From Histomonas meleagridis 2922-C6/04-290x (lineage: Eukaryota > Protista > Parabasalia), in assembly GCA_020184695.1 (NCBI GenBank), contig JAANOX010000280.1:1-64000 (forward strand): a stretch of DNA of 64,000 nucleotides. Direction: 5' to 3'. Positions 54,778 to 64,000 of the stretch are shown here, piece after piece; the first letter of the stretch is position 1, and every line of letters starts with the position of its first letter. The position numbers were made by a program, and so were the translations under genes. Under the pieces are notes generated by a model, which saw only the letters and a list, made by a program, of their open reading frames with translations, was not told the origin of the DNA and made no database searches.

Positions 54778-54956
54778 TTATAATAAAAGAATGTATTTAT
54801 TATCATTTTTAAATTTTTAATACAGTTAACTTTCAAAAAAAAAAAAAAAAAAAACGACATCTTTTTTGAATGATTTACTAAAAAATAAAACTGTTTCAAC
54901 GGATTCAATGCGCGTTGAAAAATTGTGTTTCAATTAAACCGTAATCCTCTGCAAGA

Positions 54957-57900
54957 ATGGAATCATCGACAAAGACTGATATAGAGAAGAATATAGTTGA
55001 AATGGAGACGTTTATAGGAGATCAAGAAGATAAAGCAGCTAGTGGTAAGACATCTAGCTTTCCTTATGATTTTTATCAAAAATTAAATTCCTTAAAATTA
55101 CTAAAAATTCCATCTAATATTTCTGATGACGTGGTTAAAAGGCTAGTTGGCCTGCAAAGGAAGGTAGATAATTTACACAATTTTTTTAAAATGGTTATTG
55201 ATGCATTAAATAAATATAGTGAATGCCTTCCTTTTTGTTGGATCATTTACTCCAACAACGTTGACAGACTTAAGGCAATGGCAGATATATTTATCAAAAG
55301 ACCAATCCAAGAAACTCAAGAAATTATTTTCCCTCCTATGAAAGATACCATCATTTCAACGTTTCAAGTAATGAACATGTACACTAATGAAAAACCTGCA
55401 AATGACCCCAAAGCAGATTCTAACAGAATGAAATTTTTCAAATCTTTTATTTTACCAACATTTGATGTTCATGTCAAATCCTTTACAGAAGAAGAAAATT
55501 CAGAACTTTTTTCAGATTTATCACATCAAAATTTGGATATTTTGAAAAAATTTTCAAATTCTTTTGCATCAATGAAAGCTAAGTTTATTGACCCTCAAAA
55601 TGTCAATAAAATCATTCAAGAACTTGTATTTCATCAAGAACTTCAACTTGAAATCTTGGAAGAATATGCCGAATTTATCAAATCTGAAGATATCAAAGAG
55701 ATTTTCAATAATAAAGATTCTGCAAATACCACTGGGCTCAAGCATCTTCTTGCTTTTCGGAAGCTTTGCCGAGTGCATTACAGAGATAATCCAGAAAACA
55801 TTGATGAAATCAAAAATATTATAATGTCTCTTGATGATCCAACTCTTCAAGCCATTCTGATTTTTGCATATAGCTTCGACACTAAACAAACGTCTTATAT
55901 TCGTGAATTTTCTAACAACGACAACAACATGCTACTTATGCATCTTCAGCATTCGGTTGTTGCGTTTTCTCCACTTTTTCTGAGCATCAACACAAATGAA
56001 CTCAAATCTTTAGCGTTATCGTCAATACGAAGGAAAAAGCGAAACAAAGGAACAGGGAACAAATCTGATCTCATAGGATTCTCCTATTTTATTGTTAAGT
56101 CTCCAATTTTATTTTCACATTTAATTCTTGACAATAATGACACAAATATATTTAACCAAGAGATGAGAATTCATCGATCTGAAAAGTCAGAATGGACTAT
56201 TGGACAAGCCAAAAGATATATTGATTCCATTTTACAAATCTTAAACCATGACTCACATATCATTGTTATTAAAATAATTTCCAAAATCCAAAAACTATTA
56301 ATTAGCCATCTCCAAGGCATTGATCATGACTTTCTAATTCATAACTTTTTAAATGATTATTTACAAGATTCTGAATCATATGATTATAATTTAAATCTTG
56401 CTTTTCAAATCATTGATAGTTCATCATTTTATTACTTAAGTGATGAACAAAAGCACAAATACATTGATTTAATCTTTAAAAAAACGCAATCAAAAGATAA
56501 TAACTTTTTCAATGAAGCCATAAAACAAGCGAAATATTGTTTAACTAAAGAACCTTATTTATCCTCCAAGTTAATTCCACCTATCTTAGATAGTTTAACA
56601 GAACACTTTACGTCTGAAGATATTCCTACACTTGTGACAATATATTGCATAATATTTCATCAAGAGAATTCCGATGAGAAAACATTAGAAAGAGTTATTG
56701 GTATATTACGTGAATATCTTCGAAGAAATCAACGCGATTATATAATGTTAAATGCGATTATTTCGATTTTATTTGAAGAGCTTTATTCTGATCATGAATT
56801 TGTTAGTAATCGATTAATAATATTAATATCTGATTTCTTTCGGAAAGATGAATCTAATTTAAAGCCATCGAATGAAATGAAAATTGTTTCAATGTTTCCA
56901 AATTATTTTGGAATTATTTGCGAGAAATTTCATACTTCAAATGATTATGTTGAAAGCAAAACATATTTCTTTGATTTATTAATTTATGATTTTATTGTTC
57001 CTTTAATAACGAATAAAACTTGTGAAAATAATTTATTCGAATTTTTAATGGATACTATTGTTGATACATTTCTTCAATATCCAAATGGTGGCGATTCATT
57101 TTTTAAATTCATTAATTCGACAAAAGACAAAATTGTAAATGATAAAAAACATATTTTCGATTGTACTATTAATGAATTCCTTTGTTATTATAATCATCCA
57201 TTAGAAGAAATTGATCCGGAACAACATAATAATTGTTACATAATAACTAAAAACACTTTGCAAGCACTGAAATATCAACAAAATGATTTTATCATTTCAA
57301 CAAAAACTAGAACTGGTTCATCGAAATATGAAATCGAATGTTTTGTTCCTACTTTTGATAATGAACCAATTCATAATAATGATAATTCGTTAGAGCCAGT
57401 AGACATAGTTGAAGATGAGTTTAATCAAACTTTTACGAATTGCGTTAAAGAATGTGTAACTGATGAACAAGCAAATCAAATTATTAATAATTATTTCGAC
57501 TTTTTGAATGATTCGTCTCAAACAAAAATTGAACACATAAACGTTCCCCGTTCAAACGTCTTACCCAACAAAAGTGACACCCCCCAACAAATAGAAGAAA
57601 TTAATAATTTATTATATGATTCATTATCAGCAACAGCATTTTATTATTCAGTATTCCCAATAAAACATCAAGATGTGATGAAGAATTCTGATGATACAAT
57701 TATATTTAAACCTCCATCATCACTTACTAACATTTCTACATCGAAATTATTCCAATTACAAATACGAGAAACATTAAAAATTGGGTTTTTATATGTACAA
57801 AATGAACAAATATCACAAAATGATATTCTAAAAAATGATTGGAGTATAACATCTGATCAATTTCGAAGTTTTGTTAAGTCAATTGGCGAAATAATTGATC

Positions 57901-58415
57901 TTTCAACACATACTAATTTCGATGGAAAACTTGATTCAACTAATTTTTCGAATGGTCGTTATCATTTATATTATTCTGATCGAAGAATCGAAGTATTATA
58001 TCATGTAGCACCTTTAATACCAACTGATCCAAAAGATGAACAACAAATTTATAAGAAAAGACACATCGGTAATGATAACATTCACATTGTATGGACTGAG
58101 AATAAAATCGAATATGACCCAACAACAATTTCATCTCAATTTAATGACGCACATTTAATAATTTATCCTTTGAATACCGAATTTTATAGAGTCCAAATAC
58201 GGAAAAAAGATAAAAATTATTTGTTCGGCCCGTTGCAAGGTGAAACTATTGTGTCGAAAAAGGCGCTGCCAGAGTTAATAAGATGGACTTCGATATTTAG
58301 CGATAGAGCCGCAAGAAAACATTCGATTGCTACTAATATGGAGAAGTTGCCCTCGCAAATGTTCGCTGAATCATTGATGGAAATTAGAAATTCAAAAAGC
58401 AAAGAAGAAAAGTGA
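54957..58415 (+). CDS. Rap/Ran-GAP domain protein (tuberin/RalGAP-like)
   Basis: C-terminal KIGFLYV..Q..ILKN..F..IG..IDL..FDGKLD..EVLYHVAPLIP..KKRHIGND..HIVW. Confidence 0.9.
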   Translation: MESSTKTDIEKNIVEMETFIGDQEDKAASGKTSSFPYDFYQKLNSLKLLKIPSNISDDVVKRLVGLQRKVDNLHNFFKMVIDALNKYSECLPFCWIIYSNNVDRLKAMADIFIKRPIQETQEIIFPPMKDTIISTFQVMNMYTNEKPANDPKADSNRMKFFKSFILPTFDVHVKSFTEEENSELFSDLSHQNLDILKKFSNSFASMKAKFIDPQNVNKIIQELVFHQELQLEILEEYAEFIKSEDIKEIFNNKDSANTTGLKHLLAFRKLCRVHYRDNPENIDEIKNIIMSLDDPTLQAILIFAYSFDTKQTSYIREFSNNDNNMLLMHLQHSVVAFSPLFLSINTNELKSLALSSIRRKKRNKGTGNKSDLIGFSYFIVKSPILFSHLILDNNDTNIFNQEMRIHRSEKSEWTIGQAKRYIDSILQILNHDSHIIVIKIISKIQKLLISHLQGIDHDFLIHNFLNDYLQDSESYDYNLNLAFQIIDSSSFYYLSDEQKHKYIDLIFKKTQSKDNNFFNEAIKQAKYCLTKEPYLSSKLIPPILDSLTEHFTSEDIPTLVTIYCIIFHQENSDEKTLERVIGILREYLRRNQRDYIMLNAIISILFEELYSDHEFVSNRLIILISDFFRKDESNLKPSNEMKIVSMFPNYFGIICEKFHTSNDYVESKTYFFDLLIYDFIVPLITNKTCENNLFEFLMDTIVDTFLQYPNGGDSFFKFINSTKDKIVNDKKHIFDCTINEFLCYYNHPLEEIDPEQHNNCYIITKNTLQALKYQQNDFIISTKTRTGSSKYEIECFVPTFDNEPIHNNDNSLEPVDIVEDEFNQTFTNCVKECVTDEQANQIINNYFDFLNDSSQTKIEHINVPRSNVLPNKSDTPQQIEEINNLLYDSLSATAFYYSVFPIKHQDVMKNSDDTIIFKPPSSLTNISTSKLFQLQIRETLKIGFLYVQNEQISQNDILKNDWSITSDQFRSFVKSIGEIIDLSTHTNFDGKLDSTNFSNGRYHLYYSDRRIEVLYHVAPLIPTDPKDEQQIYKKRHIGNDNIHIVWTENKIEYDPTTISSQFNDAHLIIYPLNTEFYRVQIRKKDKNYLFGPLQGETIVSKKALPELIRWTSIFSDRAARKHSIATNMEKLPSQMFAESLMEIRNSKSKEEK

Positions 58416-58736
58416 AATATAATTTACGCGATTAATAAAGTTATCTTTAATCTTATGTTATTGTGTACAAGAAAAATAATTTCTTTTTTTTCATTTTTTG
58501 CTGGAAATAGTAATTGCATTAACTCGTATAAAAACACAATTATTATGATTCTGTTATTGTTTTCAAAAACATTGATTTGTTTTCCGAAATATGAGGGTTA
58601 ATCACGAGATGCATACATTTTAAGTAGTCCGACAACAAAGTTTTAGATAAATCATAAATTTTTATATAGTTTTTTAGCAAATAGAAATTTTAACATATAT
58701 TTAAATATGAATTAATGAAAATATGTAAAGAAAATG

Positions 58737-60549
58737 AGGAATCGTATTTCCAGGGCATAACGGTCGTTTCCATTGATTTATTGTATAGTTTATGCTTTCA
58801 AATTCTTTGATTTTTTTTCGATAAGTGACTCTTTCCGCCAAGTGAAATTAAATTAATAAAATTGAATACGATTAGTGCCGTTTTGCATCATATAAAATTA
58901 AATTAAAAAAATTGAATGCGATAATTGTCGTTTTGCATTGATCAAAATTGAATAAAAAAAATCCAATTTCATAAATCATCTTGTATATCTAAGATTGAAA
59001 GTATTTTATTATCGTAACAATCATAAACATGTGAACTTTGTTTATGTGTATAAAATCAAATATATATTTCGTATATTAATATAAATGCAGCAAAAAATTG
59101 TCTATTAATACAGATGAAATAGAATATAATAAAAATTTTGTTGAATTCTAATTTGATTAGATATATGTATGAATCGTTTAATTCGTATTTTTTTTAATTT
59201 ATTATATATTCTTTATGAAATATATATAACATATGTGATATCACATGATCAAAATTTGTTTTGATAAAATAAAAATTAAGATTAACAATTTCGTTGTCAA
59301 ATAAATAATAATTTATATAAAAAACAAATATAAGTTGATTAATTTCATCGAGTGGGTCTATGTGTGTCAGTGTGTATATCCATAAATTGTGAGATTAACT
59401 ATATGTAATTAGGTATAAGCTATAATATTTTCATTCTGGTTTTAGTCAACTTATATAGCACAAAAAAAAATTCATATAATTATCACATCAGCGTATAACA
59501 AAATCTACATTTCTGATTTTATTTTTTGATATAGTAGTGTGAACAATATCAAACTACTATTATAATGTGTAAACAATATCAAATAATAAATAAATAGTAG
59601 TGTAAATTATATTTGAATCAGTGAATAAAATAAATTAAATAAATTTTTTATAAGCTTCTGGTATGATATATGCTAATATCATGATTATTACTATTATATA
59701 TATTATTACTATTATATTATATAGTATAAATACTACATAGTAGTGTACGTACACTACATTAAAAATTCGTATTATGTTTTATTATATAAAAAATCAAATT
59801 TCAATATCTACATGATAGATGATAAATCTTATTTTTATATTCCTTATATAATTTGAGTGGTGAAAAATATTTATATATATATTAAAAATTAGAATGTTAT
59901 TTTATAATAATATTAAAAGATGTTTATTAACTTTTAAAATAACTTGAAAGGAAATAACATCACATTTGGCTGATTTCGTCATTTAATAATATTGAAGAAA
60001 AATGATCAAAAAATACGTTATTTTTGGCTTAACATACAAAAAAGGGTGATCTTTCTGTGCATCAGGGTAATATTCTTTTTCATGGATGATAATACCATTG
60101 TACGAATACCAAAAAACGCACCGCGTCACGAAGGGTTTTGATTTCATCAACATTACTATATTCTTCTGCAATGATCGGTGGAATATCATAATTAATTTGT
60201 TGGATCTTGTTTTTTGTTTATGGTTGAACATATATATATATAAAACATTGTTGTATTGATTTAATAAATGTTGTAAAGTGTTTTATCCTTTCTGTTATAG
60301 TAATTGGTAAAAATGCACTCATAATTGAAACATATCCTATCTCTATATCTTGAAGAGTAATAGCGCGATTACGATCCATTGTAATTTAAAATTATCTGTG
60401 TCTGATATAAGAAAAGAATTCAAATAATTGTTTTGTGATGTCAATTTTGGCGGGGATAATATTATTGGCGAGTATTCCAGTTTTCGGCGGGCTTTTACCA
60501 TGGATGGGACCGTTTATGACGACCGTTATGCCCTGGAAATACGATTCCT
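58737..60549. mobile_element. Old inverted-repeat-bounded element (~1.8 kb), unclassified
   Basis: AGGAATCGTATTTCCAGGGCATAACGGTCGT (31 nt) at 58737 and its exact reverse complement ending at 60549. Interior is very AT-rich with tandem repeats and a stop-riddled ORF. No TSD seen. Confidence 0.55.
58845..58955 (+). repeat. 50-bp tandem repeat (~2.2 copies)
   Basis: AAATTAAATTAA.AAAATTGAAT.CGAT...G.CGTTTTGCAT units at 58845 and 58895, with a partial copy near 58945. Confidence 0.8.
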
Positions 60550-61127
60550 TTAAATTTATACGCCCGTATGGGTATTTTATCTGGTGTAAGCTTAAAATAA
60601 GAGTGTTCGGATCTATTTATAAAGATCAAGCTATACCATTACATAAAAAAACTGTTTTCACTCCATTTACGATCAGAAATTTAATCATGAAATTTCATAA
60701 ATTTAAGTAAAAAAAATCAAAAATTATCGTTTTTACTCCAAGCGAATGATGTGCTTCTTCTCAAGTAAATGGCAAACTCCATCTAATGTTTGATTCAAAA
60801 ATTCGGGGTTTTGAAGTTCGCGTGAAACATATCGAAAGATAGAACGGCAAGAAAATCGATAAAAAAATGATTTTTTTGTGTTAACGTTAACACAATCACT
60901 CCTTAGTGAAGTGAAAACAGGAATATTGCGAAAATTACAAAATTAAATCGAAAAAAATTTAATAATACAAAGTGTAGACGTGGGTTATATTGAGGTGTCG
61001 TTCTACAGTTTTTTCACTGCAGTCGATTGTTTGATGTAATGAATAAAAGGAGAACGTTTAAGAACGTTTATTCGCTTCACATTTGTATTCAGTGAAAAAG
61101 TGAAGTAAATGACGATACATAAGAGAT

Positions 61128-63575
61128 ATGGATGGAATTTTCCCTTTTGAAGATTTTGAAATAGAAAAAAACACATCAATTATTGCCTTTGCTCCTAACC
61201 CAACTATTCCAATTTTAGCATGTTTAACTTGCGATTCGGTTTCAATTCGTGATTCATTATCATATTCAATAAAGCAAATAACTGAAATTAAGCGTTCACA
61301 GGAATCACTGCATGAATATGGTCCAAATACTTGGGTTCAATGGTTTGATCAAGAAAATATAGCATTTGGAACTTCATCAGGAAGAATCTTCATATCTAAA
61401 CTCACAAACAATTCATTTAATAAAATCCAAGAAGTTAATATTTCTCGTATAATTTCAACCACATTTGTTGCCTTTAATTGTGTTGGTATATTCACAACTC
61501 AATCAGATCTCTTTTTTATAAACATAGATGGATCCATTAAATACCAAGCAAAAATTTCTGACGAAGCTTCAATTATTCGTTATGCAACATTTTCTCCACC
61601 ATCTACAATTACATGTATAATCAATGGAACTCCAAGTTTTTTATCACTTGATTTATCATCATTTCAAAAGAATTTTAAGCCATTAATCAAAAGCATACCA
61701 ATTAATAATATACATTTAACATCATATAGTTCAAAACGAAATCTAATTTGTGTTGAAGAAAATAATAAAATACTATTAATCAATTGTAGTCCAAAGAAAA
61801 TTGCGCCATTTGAACTATATAAATCACCACGAAGAATTCCAATAATATATATGGAATGGGTTATTCATGATAATTATTTAATCTTAATAAATGAAGAAGG
61901 AGAAATTATAATTTACTATGATAATTACTCAATATATAAAGTCACATTTCCAAATGTTAAAAAAGGGTTTATATTTTGTTATGAACCAAACACTAATCGA
62001 ATTATTTATAAAGATCAAGAGTCAATAAGATTTATTGGCTTCATTAAAGTCAAATCACAATTCATCTTTTCAGCACATCAAGTAATTGATGCGATTCTAT
62101 CGAAGACGGTTTTTAATAGTAAAAGTGGATTTTATCCAATAACAAATGTTTCATATCATTCTGATTTAGATATCCTACTAATTTCTACGCCAAACCAATT
62201 TTTAGTAATATATAAAGATAAAACGATATCGAAAATCATTGAAATTAATATACAAAACATTAATATATTCAATGAATTTATAGTAATATTTTCGAAAGAT
62301 ATCATTACAATATTTGATATTTATGAGTTAAATATAATATTAAAAACAAATTTCCATTATTCACCTGAAACTATTTCAGTCTTTGATAAACAAATGATAG
62401 TTACAAATCCATATCATTATACAATTATCCAATTATTTGAAGATGAAATTAAAAAAGACTTATTAAAATGTGGTAAATATTACATAAGTTTTAATCATAA
62501 ACATTCGAATGAGAAAATTCGAAATGCATTTTATTATGATAATGAATCACCAATTATATATTATGATGATGGTGATATATATAATATAAAACTAAAACAA
62601 TTCATTTGTACAGATGTAATTTATGCATTTCAATTTGATTCTCCACCAATTATCTTTATGAGATCGGAGAACTTTATATATATTAATATAAAAAGCTTAA
62701 TAATGAAACTACAATGTAATGGAATATTAACAAATGGAAACATATTATTTAGCCCTAAGGAATTAGAATTTGGTAAATTTGCATTAGATCCTTATCGATT
62801 TGGTTGTTATATATTAATAAATAGTTTAAACGAAAAAGAAACATTAGAATTATTATTGAATTCATATCGAAAAAAAGAATATTTCAAATATGTTTTATTC
62901 GAAACATTTCATTTATCTTTTGTATATAATATTACACAAAATGTTATTAATTTTTTGGATGAATATGTTCAGCCTGGTTTAATTGCTGAAACATTTGTTA
63001 ATGTTTTACCAAATCTTAAAAAAGAAAATTTAAATTTGTTTTATAATGAAATAAAAATAAATTGGGATAAAATATATCCTTTAATACCTAAAAAATTTAG
63101 AACAAATTTCTTAATAAATTTAAATTATAAAACTTTTTTAAGTCTAGTTGATAATCATCCAAAGTTTATCGATGATGAAGAACTTATTATAAAGTGTATT
63201 GTCGAAAAGAAATTTATTCGTTGTTTTGTTTTTACTTATAACAAATCAATAAATTTCTTTTCTTATTTTAATGAGAATTCTGTGACAATAAAATTCGATT
63301 TGAAAGAAGCAATAGAATTATTCGAAAATGAATTTGTTGAATGGGAAAACTTTGACGGAATTACTAAAATATTAAATTTCTTTGGAAGTTCATTACAAAT
63401 TGTGAATTATAATATCCTTTCTTTAAGTATTTTCTTAATAATTAAAGATCAAAATAAAGTAAATTCTATTCTATTAGTTGATGATGATTTACTTCAAGAA
63501 GCAATGAATTATATTAAAATAAATAATTATAAATATTCCAAAATTCTTCAAATTGCTTTAAAAAATAATTTATAG
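61128..63575 (+). CDS. Beta-propeller + alpha-solenoid protein (RIC1-like, tentative)
   Basis: N-terminal RS.ES..EYG.N.W..W..QE.IAFGTSSG.IFI resembles the RIC1 N-terminus; C-terminus is helical. Confidence 0.55.
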   Translation: MDGIFPFEDFEIEKNTSIIAFAPNPTIPILACLTCDSVSIRDSLSYSIKQITEIKRSQESLHEYGPNTWVQWFDQENIAFGTSSGRIFISKLTNNSFNKIQEVNISRIISTTFVAFNCVGIFTTQSDLFFINIDGSIKYQAKISDEASIIRYATFSPPSTITCIINGTPSFLSLDLSSFQKNFKPLIKSIPINNIHLTSYSSKRNLICVEENNKILLINCSPKKIAPFELYKSPRRIPIIYMEWVIHDNYLILINEEGEIIIYYDNYSIYKVTFPNVKKGFIFCYEPNTNRIIYKDQESIRFIGFIKVKSQFIFSAHQVIDAILSKTVFNSKSGFYPITNVSYHSDLDILLISTPNQFLVIYKDKTISKIIEINIQNINIFNEFIVIFSKDIITIFDIYELNIILKTNFHYSPETISVFDKQMIVTNPYHYTIIQLFEDEIKKDLLKCGKYYISFNHKHSNEKIRNAFYYDNESPIIYYDDGDIYNIKLKQFICTDVIYAFQFDSPPIIFMRSENFIYINIKSLIMKLQCNGILTNGNILFSPKELEFGKFALDPYRFGCYILINSLNEKETLELLLNSYRKKEYFKYVLFETFHLSFVYNITQNVINFLDEYVQPGLIAETFVNVLPNLKKENLNLFYNEIKINWDKIYPLIPKKFRTNFLINLNYKTFLSLVDNHPKFIDDEELIIKCIVEKKFIRCFVFTYNKSINFFSYFNENSVTIKFDLKEAIELFENEFVEWENFDGITKILNFFGSSLQIVNYNILSLSIFLIIKDQNKVNSILLVDDDLLQEAMNYIKINNYKYSKILQIALKNNL

Positions 63576-63709
63576 TACGATAGAGAAATAACCGTTGATT
63601 TTCAATGTATAACTGCTACGATATGGAAAAAAACTGTTGTCGTGATTTGAGTACGTTAACAAATTGCCAACTCACTTCACTGTCACTTTTCTGGGTCAGT
63701 TTTAGATCA

Positions 63710-64000
63710 ATGACAGTAACAATTGAATCAATCGTGAATGCTGCCCAAATTGTTTCTCAAGGTAATGTTGATGGTATGCAAGGTGCTTTAGAACTACTTA
63801 ATGCATGGGAATCTGATGATAATTGTATACTTATTGCATGTGAAGTAATTTCCAAAGGAAATGATCCTTCTGCAGATTTCTTTGCAGCTACAATTATGGA
63901 TCATAAAATCCCATTTATGTGGAATAAAATTGATGATGAAACTAAAGAACCAATTAGACAATTAATATATCAAAAGATGCATACATCCAACCATATTCCT
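63710..64000 (+). CDS. Importin-beta N-terminal (IBN_N)-like protein, truncated by the window end
   Basis: ATG ORF open to the edge (97 codons): A.ELLNAW..FFAATIM..KI..W..I..ETKEPIR. Several TCACT Inr-like motifs upstream. Confidence 0.65.
   Translation, partial: MTVTIESIVNAAQIVSQGNVDGMQGALELLNAWESDDNCILIACEVISKGNDPSADFFAATIMDHKIPFMWNKIDDETKEPIRQLIYQKMHTSNHIP

Noticed and set aside
54835-54854. A20 tract as a retroposed poly(A) tail
   Set aside because: No TSD, and the gene would be intronless anyway, so it cannot be distinguished from a simple or artefactual homopolymer.
2663-58402. Many 60-170-aa ORFs antisense to or nested in long genes (e.g. 2663, 5918, 19399, 21657, 29045, 36286, 46557, 55569)
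   Set aside because: Shadow ORFs explained by the codon bias of the overlapping real genes; no motifs.
31170-64000. Clustering of nuclear-transport genes (XPO7-like, RanBP1, ARM proteins, IBN_N)
   Set aside because: The genes are dispersed and interleaved with unrelated genes, and these families are expanded in parabasalids, so chance is sufficient.

Overview
Very AT-rich, gene-dense eukaryotic DNA that reads in the standard code and is almost intron-free. TCAY(T/A) initiator motifs, DUF3447-type/ankyrin and BspA families and a hydrogenosome-type presequence point to a parabasalid, probably Tritrichomonas-like (inference). About 35 housekeeping or hypothetical genes are present, including RPB3, thioredoxin reductase, HBS1, DENR, a Pin1-like PPIase, DnaJ, La, CYTH, RanBP1, an XPO7-like exportin, RapGAP, a RasGAP+VPS9 protein, phospholipase B and a class 3 lipase. 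The most striking signal is in two unlinked DUF3447-type/ankyrin genes (14195-17355 +, and 44669-41131 -). In both, each ankyrin repeat is a stop-free 90-nt module separated from the next by a length-conserved, sequence-divergent, T-rich spacer of about 80 nt (a 63-nt class also occurs). The spacers break the frame, often contain stops and lack conserved GT-AG ends, giving a 170-bp period. This suggests an undescribed way of removing, bypassing or recombining the spacers. Also found: a 1419-bp Pack-MULE-like element (9-bp TSD, 340-bp TIRs, captured BspA fragment) inside the second ankyrin gene, one canonical 23-nt intron, two genes apparently starting at TTG, an H/ACA-like structured RNA candidate, a second inverted-repeat-bounded relic element, and several pseudogene fragments. 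Protein family calls are by-eye motif recognition; no database searches were run.
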